Assembly (NCBI GenBank): GCA_963791045.1
Contig: CAWBQK010000013.1
Coordinates: 64,001 to 128,000, forward strand
Length of the DNA stretch: 64,000 bases
Direction of reading: 5' to 3'
Source of the DNA: Candidatus Latescibacterota bacterium
GTDB taxonomy: Bacteria > Krumholzibacteriota > Krumholzibacteriia > WVZY01
Part shown: positions 17,994-28,099 of the stretch, piece after piece
Layout: each line of letters opens with the position of its first letter
Position numbering within the stretch: position 1 is the stretch's first letter
Notes under the pieces: generated by a model
The model's database searches: none
What the model was told of the DNA's origin: nothing
The model's input: only the letters and a program-made list of their open reading frames with translations
Made by a program: the position numbers and the translations under genes

Positions 17994-19531
17994 ACGTCCG
18001 CGCGGATGTCCCTTCCAGTCATCTCTTCCGGCGGCGAAATCCCAAGATAGTTACAGATTGTCGGGGCGATATCCCTCAGGGAGCCGTCCTTTATGAGCTC
18101 GCCCCGGTAATTTGCATCCACAAGGACACAAGGCACTGGGTTGGTGGTGTGCGCGGTTTGAGGGCCACCGGTCACCGGATCGATCATCTGCTCGGCATTC
18201 CCGTGGTCGGCCGTCACGATGGCGACATCACGATTAGGATCCAGCGCGGCGAGCACTCTACCCACGCACGCGTCGACCGTTTCAACGGCCTTCACCGCCG
18301 CGTCGAAGACACCCGTATGACCGACCATGTCTGGATTGGCGAAGTTGCACACGATGAAATCGTGTTTGTGTTCGCCAAGGATGCCGATCAGGGTGTCAGC
18401 GACTTCAGATGCGCTCATATCAGGTTTCATATCGTAGGTCGCCACTCTCGGGGATGGAATGAGGACACGTTCCTCTCCCCCGTATTCGACTTCGTTCCCG
18501 CCGTTAAAGAAATAGGTGACATGAGCGTACTTCTCGGTCTCGGCAATCCGCAGGTTGGTCATCCCCTGCTCTGACGCCACTTCGGCAAGAATGTTCGGAA
18601 GGCGTACCGGGGGAAACGCGACGGGAAAATCGAACCGTTTGTCGTACTGGGTCATTGTGACAAACGTGGTCTTCGGGAATACGTCCCTCTCGAAGCCATC
18701 GAATCCCGGGTCGGTCAGCGCGGAAGAGATCTCACGGGCGCGGTCAGCGCGGAAATTAAAAAACACGATTGCATCGCCGTCAATGATATTACCCACCGGA
18801 GAACCGTCGTCGCCGACCACAACTATCGGCTCGACGAACTCATCCGTCACGCCATTGTCGTAAGAGACGCCGAGGGCCGCGATCGCGTCGGTCGTGCGCA
18901 CGCCGACGCCGCTTGTCAACATATCGTAACCGCGTTTGACGCGCTCCCACCGCTTGTCCCTGTCCATACAAAAATAGCGACCGACCACAGTTGCTATACT
19001 GCCGACACCCTTCTCGCCGAGCACCACCGACAGCTCGCGGAGATATTCCCTACCGCCCGTCGGCGACGTATCGCGGCCGTCCATCAACGCATGGATAAAA
19101 ACATCGCGAACGCCGCTGCGTCTCGCCATCTCGACAAGCGCATAGATGTGTTCCTGGTGGCTGTGAACGCCGCCGGGCGAGACCAGCCCGAGAAGATGGA
19201 GCCGCCCTCCACCGCCGTCCGCGGCCGCGGCCATCGCCGTTTTCAACGCGGGATTCTCAAAAAAAGCTCCACTCTCGATCGACTCGGAAATCCGCTGGAT
19301 GTCCTGGTACACCACGCGCCCTGCACCGAGGTTGAGATGTCCCACCTCGCTGTTTCCCATCTGTCCGGCGGGAAGCCCGACCGCGACGCCGTGAGGATCC
19401 AGACTTGTGTGCGAATAGTCTTCGAGCAGCCTGTCAAAAACAGGCGTCGACGCCGAACGAACGGCGTTGTCCGGGGTGTCTTCACCAATTCCCCAACCGT
19501 CCATAACGATGAGAAGTGTTCTGCGCTTCAA
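17990..19531 (-). CDS. gpmI: 2,3-bisphosphoglycerate-independent phosphoglycerate mutase
   Basis: LIVMDGWG, GQMGNSEVGH, MDGRD, ETEKYAHVT, DMVGHTG, TADHGNAE. TTG start after AGGAG. Confidence 0.97.
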   Translation of the reverse strand: MKRRTLLIVMDGWGIGEDTPDNAVRSASTPVFDRLLEDYSHTSLDPHGVAVGLPAGQMGNSEVGHLNLGAGRVVYQDIQRISESIESGAFFENPALKTAMAAAADGGGGRLHLLGLVSPGGVHSHQEHIYALVEMARRSGVRDVFIHALMDGRDTSPTGGREYLRELSVVLGEKGVGSIATVVGRYFCMDRDKRWERVKRGYDMLTSGVGVRTTDAIAALGVSYDNGVTDEFVEPIVVVGDDGSPVGNIIDGDAIVFFNFRADRAREISSALTDPGFDGFERDVFPKTTFVTMTQYDKRFDFPVAFPPVRLPNILAEVASEQGMTNLRIAETEKYAHVTYFFNGGNEVEYGGEERVLIPSPRVATYDMKPDMSASEVADTLIGILGEHKHDFIVCNFANPDMVGHTGVFDAAVKAVETVDACVGRVLAALDPNRDVAIVTADHGNAEQMIDPVTGGPQTAHTTNPVPCVLVDANYRGELIKDGSLRDIAPTICNYLGISPPEEMTGRDIRADV

Positions 19532-19547
19532 TCGATTTCTCCTGAAA

Positions 19548-21839
19548 TCAAGGGTTTGTCTTCTTTGAACCCAACTCCTGGCGGACTCTCTGCAGGTTGC
19601 TCCGCGCCCGCCGGTTGTCCGGGTCGAGCTCGATTACTTCGAGGAATTCCCGCTCCGCATCCTCGAACCTGCCGACCGTCGCGTAGACCGAACCGAGTGT
19701 CAGATGGCCGTTCGAGTATTTCGGCTCAACGCCGATGGCCATTTCACCATATTTTATCGATTCGTCGAAACGGCCCAGCTCCATGTTCATGATCGCGAGG
19801 TTATTCATTGCATAAACATCATCCTTCTTCAGCGCCAGCGCTTTCTTGAAGGATTGTTCGGCAAGCGAAAATTGTTTCAGCCGCCCGTAACACACACCAA
19901 TGTTATTCAACGCGCTCGGGAAGTTCGGATTCAACGCAAGGGCCTTTTTGAACTCCTCGATCGCCTCCGCATACTTGCCCTGCTCCTGGTATCTCTGCCC
20001 AAGATTGTTGTATGCATCCGGATTCTCGGGAGTGATGTACCCCAACGCTTCAAGCTTTTTGAGCGTTTCCTCATCCGCCGCGCCCGCGCCTTCCGGGACG
20101 TCACCCGTCGCGCGATTACGATTGAGTGTCGCGACGATCGTGGTATTCACCTCGTCGGCCAGCGCCGGTTCGAAAGCGTCGATAAGCACTTTTCCCGGCA
20201 TGTCGGCGGCCTGCGGCAGACCCTCGAGTGCGAGAAAAGTGGGAAGAACATCGAGAACCGTTGCCCCATCGATCTTGTACCCCTTGCGAATCCCCGGGCC
20301 GTACATAGCGATGATACCGTTGAGCTGGTGCCAAAAAGCCGCGTGTCCGCCTCCAATCTGGCCACCGAGTTTTGGCCTGCCTTGTCCGCTTTTGAAACCA
20401 TGGTCTGACGCGATCACCAAAACCGTCTCATCGTCACACATCTCGATAAACTCGCCGATGATCCCGTCCTGATAAATATAAGTCTGAAGCATCGCGTCTT
20501 TGTACTTTGCGAAGTCCGCCTCCGTGACCCATGACAGACGCGGCGGCGCGAAGTTCATAAAGAGATGGCCGACGGCGTCGCACCATTCGAAGTACACCCC
20601 GAGAAAATCCGGCTGGTCGGCGGCAAGCAGATGTTTCGCGATGTTGTAATAAGACCTCGCCGACGCGTAGAGCATGATCATGTTGTTAACCGGGTTTTCA
20701 GGGTCGAACGCGACAACCTTGTTCTTGTCGAAGGTTTCGCGGTCGACATGGAGAAACCGTCTGAAATCCTCGTAATCTACGTCGGCGCTTTTGACGATCA
20801 AATGGGACATCTCGTCGACCCTGTCGGCGGGCGACACGCTTCCCGGGGCGAGCTCGTCGCTTTCCCCCGCGTCCGCATAGGCGAGGTATCCGACCCGGTC
20901 CGTGACCATCACGCCGTTGATCTCTTCGGCGGGATACGATGCCAGCCAACCGACGACATCCGCGCGGCGGCCGTGATCTCCAAAAATATTCCAGAGGGCA
21001 TCGACCTTTCGGTACATGCGCGTGATCGGCATCCTCTTCCCCGTCTCTGGGTCGGTGACGGTGAAGTTGAGAATTCCGTGGTCCTCCGGAAGCTTCCCGG
21101 TTGCTATCGACGTCCAGATAAGAGGCGAGAGCAACGGTTCGATCGACCGTAGCCGGCCGGACGCGCCGCCTTCCAAAATCTTTTTGAAGTTGGGGAGAAA
21201 TCCGGCCTCGATAAGCGGATCGATGATTTCCCAATCTCCGCCATCGACTCCCACAAAAATAATTTTTCTGAGCGGCTTTTCGGCAACGTTGAAAGTAACC
21301 CCTTCACCCGTCCCCGCAGTGACATCCCATGTGTCGACACGGAACCCATCCACGCTGATCCCAACTTTGCCGAGATCGGTTTTGATTTCGCGGAGCACGC
21401 CATTGACAAAATCATCCGGCGTTGCGATCGCCGGACCTGGGTATTCGGCAAGATTGATTTCAACGGATTCCCGGATCGACTCGGACAAACCCCGCTGCAA
21501 ATCGGCTCCGTAACTTTTGTACAAGAACGCTCCCGAATCATCTTTGACGTTGAGTCGAAGTTCGAGCGCGACATTCGCTCGGCCGCCATCACGGGTCAAA
21601 CCGGAATACGTCGACTCCGGAGGAAAACGCATTTCCACGGCACCCACTGGGTAAACGGCAAACGCCTGCGAAAACGGAAGGACAATATTAAACCCGGGGC
21701 CATACTGCTTGGCCGCACCCGCCCCATCAATCCGGACCGCCTGATGCCCTTCGGGAACCCGTTTGACGACAAGCGCGGAGAGGATGGTAATCACGGCGAC
21801 CGCAACCAGCGAGAAAACAATGAATAAGCGTTTTTGCAT
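19548..21839 (-). CDS. Membrane-anchored SPFH-like + alkaline-phosphatase-superfamily (NPP/phosphodiesterase) + TPR protein
   Basis: N-terminal TM then VPEGHQAV..GPGFNIVLPF..TRDG..V (band-7-like). GVDGGDW..SPLIWTSIATG..HGI, D..GH, SDHGF. KLEALGYI, then about 4 TPRs. Confidence 0.8.
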   Translation of the reverse strand: MQKRLFIVFSLVAVAVITILSALVVKRVPEGHQAVRIDGAGAAKQYGPGFNIVLPFSQAFAVYPVGAVEMRFPPESTYSGLTRDGGRANVALELRLNVKDDSGAFLYKSYGADLQRGLSESIRESVEINLAEYPGPAIATPDDFVNGVLREIKTDLGKVGISVDGFRVDTWDVTAGTGEGVTFNVAEKPLRKIIFVGVDGGDWEIIDPLIEAGFLPNFKKILEGGASGRLRSIEPLLSPLIWTSIATGKLPEDHGILNFTVTDPETGKRMPITRMYRKVDALWNIFGDHGRRADVVGWLASYPAEEINGVMVTDRVGYLAYADAGESDELAPGSVSPADRVDEMSHLIVKSADVDYEDFRRFLHVDRETFDKNKVVAFDPENPVNNMIMLYASARSYYNIAKHLLAADQPDFLGVYFEWCDAVGHLFMNFAPPRLSWVTEADFAKYKDAMLQTYIYQDGIIGEFIEMCDDETVLVIASDHGFKSGQGRPKLGGQIGGGHAAFWHQLNGIIAMYGPGIRKGYKIDGATVLDVLPTFLALEGLPQAADMPGKVLIDAFEPALADEVNTTIVATLNRNRATGDVPEGAGAADEETLKKLEALGYITPENPDAYNNLGQRYQEQGKYAEAIEEFKKALALNPNFPSALNNIGVCYGRLKQFSLAEQSFKKALALKKDDVYAMNNLAIMNMELGRFDESIKYGEMAIGVEPKYSNGHLTLGSVYATVGRFEDAEREFLEVIELDPDNRRARSNLQRVRQELGSKKTNP

Positions 21840-22081
21840 TTACCCGTCTCCAGAGATGTGGTGTGAGGCCGCCAAAACCACAACCATGGTAGCGACTATA
21901 GGAGTCAGCGTCAAGGCGGGTACACCCCTTCGGGGCGCTTTTGTACTGGAACGACGCCGTTTTGTGGGATATAATGTGCTCCTCTCGGTCAACCCAACAC
22001 CCGGGGATGGTCATCGTCCAGGCGAGAGAATTGAGAAACTCATCAAAAGTTGAAACGCGGGTAAATCGACTGCTTTCCCGC

Positions 22082-22993
22082 ATGGCTTCCTCCAACTCGA
22101 AAAGGCCAATGCCCGAATCGCCATCATCGCTTCCAAGAGTCGCGGTCATCGTGCTCACGTGGAACGGCAAAACGTTGACGTTGGATTGTCTAAAATCACT
22201 TGCACGGCTCGAGTACGAAAATGTGGAAGTGATCGTCGTTGACAATGCGTCGACGGACGGAACCGTGGCGGCGGTGAGGGATTCATACCCGTCGCGTGTC
22301 ACCGTCATCGAGAACAGCGACAACCTCGGTTTTTCGAGAGGCAACAATGTTGGCATTCAGTATGCGCTCCAAAACGGCGCCGACTACATACTGTTGCTCA
22401 ACAACGATACGGAGGTGGATCCCGGTCTGATTGGCGGGATGTTGAACGAGATGACTTCAACCTCCGATATCGGAGTCGCCGGGGCCAAAATTTACTACGC
22501 GTCCCCGGCCGACCAAATCTGGTTCGCCGGCGGGGAGGTATTTCTCTCACGCGGAACAACGAGACATATCGGAATCCGCGAAAGGGACACGGGACAATTT
22601 GACATCGCTCACGACGTGGACTACGTCACCGGCTGCGCGCTGATGACAAAACGCGAGGTCTTGGAAGAGATTGGAGCCCTCGACCCCACTTTCGTGGCCT
22701 ACTACGAGGATGTGGATTTTTGCATGAGGGCCCGGCGGGCGGGGTACCGCGTTGTCTACGCCCCGGCGGGCAAGGTCTGGCACAAGATATCCTCGAGCAC
22801 CGGCGGTCAGGCGAGCGCCGCAAAAATATCGAGAAAACTGAGCAGCACGCTAATTTTCTTCAGGCGCTACGCTTCATGGTACCACTGGCTGACGATACCG
22901 TTTTTCTTTGGCGCCGACGTAATAAGGATCTTATTTCTAATCTTTGCGGGGCGGATCCGCGACACGGGAGCAACCGTTAAAAGTGACAACTAA
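22082..22993 (+). CDS. GT2 family glycosyltransferase (WbbL/rhamnosyltransferase-like)
   Basis: VIVLTWN, VDNASTDG, NLGFSRGNNVG, LLNNDT, YYEDVDFC. Adjacent to rfbD. Start 22082 or 22109. Confidence 0.9.
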   Translation: MASSNSKRPMPESPSSLPRVAVIVLTWNGKTLTLDCLKSLARLEYENVEVIVVDNASTDGTVAAVRDSYPSRVTVIENSDNLGFSRGNNVGIQYALQNGADYILLLNNDTEVDPGLIGGMLNEMTSTSDIGVAGAKIYYASPADQIWFAGGEVFLSRGTTRHIGIRERDTGQFDIAHDVDYVTGCALMTKREVLEEIGALDPTFVAYYEDVDFCMRARRAGYRVVYAPAGKVWHKISSSTGGQASAAKISRKLSSTLIFFRRYASWYHWLTIPFFFGADVIRILFLIFAGRIRDTGATVKSDN

Positions 22994-23858
22994 ACCATCG
23001 AATATTGCTGTGTTTGGTGCGGATGGACAGTTCGGCATGGCGCTTCAGGATGTCCTGAAAAATCATCGCGTTCATCCGCTTACATACAAGGAACTGGATA
23101 TTCTCGACCTGCCGCGCGTCGTCGAGAAGCTTTCGAGAATCAAACCCGATTGGGTAATAAACGCAGCAGCGCTGACAAACGTGGACTGGTGCGAGGAAAA
23201 CGATATTAAGGCTTTCCAAGTCAATGCGCTGGGCGCCAGGCACGTCGCCGAATCCTGCCGTGCGGTCGACGCACGGTTGATCCAAATCAGCACCGACTAT
23301 GTTTTCGACGGTGCGAAAGACACCGCGTACCTGGAAGAAGACGCGGCCAGTCCGCTGAACGTGTATGGGATTTCCAAGCTCGCCGGTGAATTCTACGTTC
23401 GCAACGCCCACGCCAGACATTATATTGTCCGCACGAGCGGGCTCTACGGGCTTCACCCCTGCTGGGGGAAAGGCCGCAATTTCGTTGAGGCGATGCTCGA
23501 CTTATCAAAAGAAAAAAGCCAGCTCAATATTGTCTCCGATGAGGTTCTGACACCGACTTTCGCCGACGACCTTGCCCGGCAGCTTGAAGTAATGATTAAC
23601 GCGGAGCCGCCTTACGGCATCTACCACGCAACCAACGCCGGGGAGTGCTCGTGGTACGATTTCGCAAAAACGATCTTTGAAATTGCCGGGATTACCGTAG
23701 ATGTCAGGGAAACGACGGCGGCCGAGTGGAACGCCCCCGCGACGCGCCCGTCGCGTTCGGTTCTTGACAACGCGGCGCTACGGCACGTGGGAATTGACCT
23801 GATGCCCGATTGGAAGGACGCCCTGGGGCGATACCTTTCAAGAAAACTTGGGCACTAG
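22983..23858 (+). CDS. rfbD: dTDP-4-dehydrorhamnose reductase
   Basis: GADGQFG, INAAA.T.VD, ISTDYVFDG, YGISK, PTFADDLA, SWYDFA. GTG start overlaps the GT2 stop. Confidence 0.93.
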   Translation: MTTKPSNIAVFGADGQFGMALQDVLKNHRVHPLTYKELDILDLPRVVEKLSRIKPDWVINAAALTNVDWCEENDIKAFQVNALGARHVAESCRAVDARLIQISTDYVFDGAKDTAYLEEDAASPLNVYGISKLAGEFYVRNAHARHYIVRTSGLYGLHPCWGKGRNFVEAMLDLSKEKSQLNIVSDEVLTPTFADDLARQLEVMINAEPPYGIYHATNAGECSWYDFAKTIFEIAGITVDVRETTAAEWNAPATRPSRSVLDNAALRHVGIDLMPDWKDALGRYLSRKLGH

Positions 23859-23866
23859 CCTTCGGG

Positions 23867-24139
23867 CTAGCAAAGGAACTTGACGAGGCAAACCACACCG
23901 GCGACACACAATACGACGGGGAGCGCCACAATAGTCAGGACGAGCGGCAGAGCCAGCGACACCGCGCCAAACGATATCAAAGCGATGGGAACGGCAAAGA
24001 CGAGAACCAGCAGCCCTTTGACAAAAAACAAACCGAGCTTGATCGGGATCAAAACCAGGGCAAAAAGGGCCTTTGCGACAAAAACGAGAAACCCAATCGC
24101 CAGAAACATCGCCATGACCACAATGAGAAATTCAATCAT
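23867..24139 (-). CDS. Small hydrophobic membrane protein
   Basis: 90 aa, almost entirely hydrophobic. RBS GAAGGTGG before ATG. Confidence 0.65.
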   Translation of the reverse strand: MIEFLIVVMAMFLAIGFLVFVAKALFALVLIPIKLGLFFVKGLLVLVFAVPIALISFGAVSLALPLVLTIVALPVVLCVAGVVCLVKFLC

Positions 24140-24241
24140 TGAAACCACCTTCGTTGAACTTCTTACACCTTAGAATACGTAGCCATTCAATCTGAAGTTT
24201 CAAAAGAAACGATGGCTTATTTACCGACGGGAGAAGATCCG

Positions 24242-26371
24242 ATGCACGCGAATCCAGCAAAACACCTAAAATGCTTTATTGCAGTGGTTTGTCTGGCCGC
24301 CATGCTTATACCGGCGAGCCCCGGCGACACTCTGGCAAAAATCATCGACCTCGAGACCGAGGCCCCGAATTTCCGGCTGACCGGGGTCAACGGGGATGAT
24401 TTCGCCGGTCAAACCGTTCTTCTTGGTGACTTCAATGGAGATAACCGGGATGACATGATAATCGGGGCGAGGGGTGTGGATTTTGATGGGCGGAGTTCGT
24501 GCGGCGCTATCTATATTGTACTCTCGAGCGACACGCTGACCTCTCCCATTGATTTCGCTGCCGATCGCCCGGATCTCAAACGAATTTTCGGCCCCACGGC
24601 CAACGCACAGGCCGGATCGAATGTCGCTTGCGGCGATGTCAATAATGACGGTCTCTCTGACATTGTCTGCGGAATCCCGACGGCGAACCCGAACGGGAAA
24701 TTCTCGGCCGGCGAGGTATACATTATATATGGAAGCGACACCCCGGCCGACACGCTCGATCTCGGCGGACCTGCGGCGGGATTCACGGTGATCCAGGGCG
24801 AAAACGTTTTCGACAAGCTCGGGGAATCCGTCGCCGTCGGTGACATCAACGATGATAATTTTGGAGATATTCTCGCGGGAGCGCCTTTCGCCACCGCCGC
24901 GGGAAGGCAGTTCACCGGTGTTCTGTTCGTGATGCACGGGGCCGCGTCGCTCGCCCCGGTCATCGATCTGACCGGGTTGACGACGGGTGTCACACGAGTT
25001 TTTGGAACCCACGATAACGACACCTTTGGGACGAGTTGTTTCAGCGCGGACGCGACAAACGACGGCGTGGATGACATTCTCGCGGGAGCCCCGCAAGCCA
25101 CGGTTCTTGGGCGGTCATTCGCCGGCGCGGGATATCTTATCCCCGGATCGACCACGCTTCCCGACACGATCGATACGCTCGCCGATACCTCGACCGGTAT
25201 CGTACGATTCCTGGGCGCGGACGCCGACGTTCTTGCCGGTTCCGGGTTCGCCGTCGCGGATCTGGACGGCGATCTGAACAATGAACTGCTCGTATCGTCT
25301 CCCGCGTATCCGACAAGCGGCAGGATCGGGGCCGGGGCTGTCTACTCTTTTAACGGAGCAACCAGCCTGCCCGATACCGTCGATCTGGCCTCACCACCGG
25401 CCGGGACAGTCCGAATCGACGGACCCACGCGGGGACTGAAAATCGGCTTCCATCTGGCGACGGGCGACTTGAATTTCGACGGTATCGATGACCTCGTAAT
25501 CGGTTCACCCGAGGCCTCGCCCCCGGACATACCCAACCCAAGAAATCAGGCCGGGATAGTCTATATTGTCTTCGGGCGCGAAGTATTCCCCGCCGTGGTG
25601 GATATCGGCGTCGAACAGACAGGTATTACAACGATTTATGGAGCCGCCCCTCTGAACGCGACTGGGGTGTCGGTGTCGGTGGGGCGTATTGACGCCGACG
25701 GATTCGACGACCTTCTCATCGGGGCCAACACAACCGATCAGGATGCCGCCTTTTCGGCGGGCGAAGCGATCGTCCTCCTCGGAAATCCCGGAATAACGCC
25801 GACACAGGTCACATTCCACAATGCGTGGGTCGACGCGGGGAGCGTTTGGCTCGAATGGCATACAAGGGATGATATCGACCCCGATTCGCACATTGTGCTG
25901 CGCTCGAAGGGCGGCGCGGATGGCCAACTCGTGCGTCTTCCGCTCGAGGGCGCCCTGACGCGAACCGGGCCCGGGCAGTTCGTTTTCGAAGACAAAGAGG
26001 CAAGTTTGGCGGGTTCGTATTCGTATACGGTAGCGACGGCCGGGGCGGATCCACAAACCTTCTTTACCGCAACCGTCGACGTCCCAACCCCGGACGGGGC
26101 GTTTCTCCGCGCCAACGCTCCCAATCCTTTCCGACACGAGACATCATTCTTGTTCGAAATCCCAAGGGCCGGGCGCGTGGCGATTCGTATATACGACGTC
26201 AGCGGCGCTCTCATCGCCACACTTGGGCCCAGGAACTACGCGGCGGGCAGCGCGACGGCAACCTGGAATGGCCGGACTCGAAACGGAGGACTCGCCCCCA
26301 CGGGGATATATTTTGCCCGTATGGAGTACGAGGGAGGGGCCTTCCAGCGGAAAATATTGCTCCTTCGCTAA
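24242..26371 (+). CDS. Secreted FG-GAP (integrin-alpha-like) 7-repeat propeller protein with C-terminal FlgD-Ig/T9SS-like sorting domain
   Basis: Signal peptide. Seven GDxNxDGxxDxxxGA-type repeats, each followed by an AGxVYxxxG-like motif. C-terminus NAPNPF..IRIYDVSG..WNG..GIYF..KILLLR. Confidence 0.9.
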   Translation: MHANPAKHLKCFIAVVCLAAMLIPASPGDTLAKIIDLETEAPNFRLTGVNGDDFAGQTVLLGDFNGDNRDDMIIGARGVDFDGRSSCGAIYIVLSSDTLTSPIDFAADRPDLKRIFGPTANAQAGSNVACGDVNNDGLSDIVCGIPTANPNGKFSAGEVYIIYGSDTPADTLDLGGPAAGFTVIQGENVFDKLGESVAVGDINDDNFGDILAGAPFATAAGRQFTGVLFVMHGAASLAPVIDLTGLTTGVTRVFGTHDNDTFGTSCFSADATNDGVDDILAGAPQATVLGRSFAGAGYLIPGSTTLPDTIDTLADTSTGIVRFLGADADVLAGSGFAVADLDGDLNNELLVSSPAYPTSGRIGAGAVYSFNGATSLPDTVDLASPPAGTVRIDGPTRGLKIGFHLATGDLNFDGIDDLVIGSPEASPPDIPNPRNQAGIVYIVFGREVFPAVVDIGVEQTGITTIYGAAPLNATGVSVSVGRIDADGFDDLLIGANTTDQDAAFSAGEAIVLLGNPGITPTQVTFHNAWVDAGSVWLEWHTRDDIDPDSHIVLRSKGGADGQLVRLPLEGALTRTGPGQFVFEDKEASLAGSYSYTVATAGADPQTFFTATVDVPTPDGAFLRANAPNPFRHETSFLFEIPRAGRVAIRIYDVSGALIATLGPRNYAAGSATATWNGRTRNGGLAPTGIYFARMEYEGGAFQRKILLLR

Positions 26372-26462
26372 CCGAATTGTTAACATTGTCAATTGTTGAA
26401 CGTGTCACTTATGCCGCACATCGAAATCGCCGCGAACGAATGCCCCAACGTCAATTTGGGTA

Positions 26463-26491
26463 TTGACTTTGGCAATGAATTCACGTATCTT
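26463..26491 (+). promoter_or_regulatory. Candidate sigma70 promoter of atp operon
   Basis: TTGACT-17bp-TATCTT. Confidence 0.55.
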
Positions 26492-26547
26492 GCCGTGGCT
26501 ATTTTGAGCGTTGTTATCCTATCGGTAACGCTGGCGGCCGGGCCCTT

Positions 26548-26823
26548 TTGGATCGGTTTGTAGTTCCCTTGCAAAAGAATAATCAAGAAGACCACTACTG
26601 GGCGATGCGCCAGGTTGGTCTGCTTACAACGATCCCCGTCCTGCTCGCGGTATCTCCATTAATTGGTTTTTTTATGGGTCAGTTTCTCGACAAGAAACTG
26701 AATACGGATCCGATTTTCACAATCGGATTTCTCATTCTCGGTTTCATCGCTGGTGCAAGACAGACCGCGCGGGTCATCAAACTCGCCAGCAAAGAAAAGA
26801 AGAGAAACGACGATGGGTCTTGA
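26548..26823 (+). CDS. atpZ: AtpZ/AtpI family small membrane protein
   Basis: Two TM helices with GFFMGQFLDKKLNTDP motif. First gene of atp operon. Start uncertain. Confidence 0.8.
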   Translation: MDRFVVPLQKNNQEDHYWAMRQVGLLTTIPVLLAVSPLIGFFMGQFLDKKLNTDPIFTIGFLILGFIAGARQTARVIKLASKEKKRNDDGS

Positions 26824-27220
26824 ATTCCTGACACGAGTGAGAAAGACATCCATCGTATCGGGTGCCGTCGTAGCTCTTATCATGTTCGTTTACGCCAGCC
26901 CCGCTGCAGCCATCGCTTTTGCCCTGGGGTGTGCGTGGTCGCTCGTTAACCTGCACATGATTCTGGTTCTCGTCCGGCTCGTCGTCAACGATCCGGAAAA
27001 CCATAAGATCCGAATAGCCGTAGTGACGATAATTAAAGTCCCTGCGTTGTACACGGCAGGATATTTTCTTCTCACAACCGGCTACTTGCCTGTCATGGCT
27101 TTGCTTTCGGGTTTTATCTGGCCGCTTTTCGTGGTGTTTCTCAAGGCGGGAGGGCGGCTGGTTCTCGGTCTGGACCACCCCAACCGGGGCGCTCAAACCC
27201 AAAAAGGTATTCGACAATGA
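26813..27220 (+). CDS. atpI: ATP synthase protein I
   Basis: 4-TM protein between atpZ and atpB, overlapping both. Confidence 0.75.
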   Translation: MGLEFLTRVRKTSIVSGAVVALIMFVYASPAAAIAFALGCAWSLVNLHMILVLVRLVVNDPENHKIRIAVVTIIKVPALYTAGYFLLTTGYLPVMALLSGFIWPLFVVFLKAGGRLVLGLDHPNRGAQTQKGIRQ

Positions 27221-28077
27221 CACGATACGTGACGAACAAGCTCTACGCTCTCGCCGCCGCGACATCGATCTTTCTCGTGTCGGCGAGTGGTTATGCCGCC
27301 GCATCCGGCGAAGGCGAGGCGCACGAACTCCCCAACTTTATCACGGTTATATATCACTTCCTCGTAGGTACCACTGTCGGCGAATTTCTCCACAAGTGGG
27401 AGAACCTGATCTTTTCCTTTCTCATCGCCGGCCTTCTTATATTGATCGTTAGAATCGCCTCAAAGAATCCCAAGATGATCCCGGGGAAGTTCCAGAACGC
27501 CATCGAGTTCGTCATCGAAGAGCTGGAAAAGTTCATCGTCGGCATTCTAGGTCCACGCGGCAAAAAGTTCGTCCCGTTTCTTGGCACCCTCTTTCTCTAT
27601 ATTCTTCTGATGAACTACATGGGATTGATTCCCCTTATGAAAGCGCCCACAGCCGGGATCAACCAGACCATTGCCCTGGCCTTGTGCGTTTTCGCCTATG
27701 TCCAGTTCACCGGGCTCAAAGAAAACGGTTTTCTTGGTTATCTCGACCATCTCGCGGGGCAGCCGCGGTCGATGATGCAGTACTTCTTCGTACCGATGAT
27801 GTTTCCGCTTCACATCATCGAGGAACTTGCCAAACCGATGAGCTTATCGCTTCGTCTCTTTGGTAACGTAACCGGTGAAGACATTCTGATTTTCATTTTT
27901 GTCGGTCTTGGGGTTGGATTGATGAGTTTTTCACACCTCCCCATCGGTATCCCGCTGCAGCTGCCGTTCTACTTTCTTGCGCTGCTTACGGGATTTATTC
28001 AAGCACTCGTGTTCATGTTGTTGAGTACGATTTATTTCTCAATGATGCTTCCGCATGATGAGGATGAGCATCACTAG
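27217..28077 (+). CDS. atpB: F0 subunit a
   Basis: PGKFQN, KPMSLSLRLFGN, IQALVF. Confidence 0.97.
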   Translation: MTRYVTNKLYALAAATSIFLVSASGYAAASGEGEAHELPNFITVIYHFLVGTTVGEFLHKWENLIFSFLIAGLLILIVRIASKNPKMIPGKFQNAIEFVIEELEKFIVGILGPRGKKFVPFLGTLFLYILLMNYMGLIPLMKAPTAGINQTIALALCVFAYVQFTGLKENGFLGYLDHLAGQPRSMMQYFFVPMMFPLHIIEELAKPMSLSLRLFGNVTGEDILIFIFVGLGVGLMSFSHLPIGIPLQLPFYFLALLTGFIQALVFMLLSTIYFSMMLPHDEDEHH

Positions 28078-28099
28078 TCCTTAAAAGGAGGATTCTACA

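Noticed and set aside
21975-22081. Possible riboswitch in the GT2 leader (CTCTCG/CGAGAG and GCGGG/CCCGC stems)
   Set aside because: Short stems are expected by chance at this GC content. No recognisable aptamer consensus.
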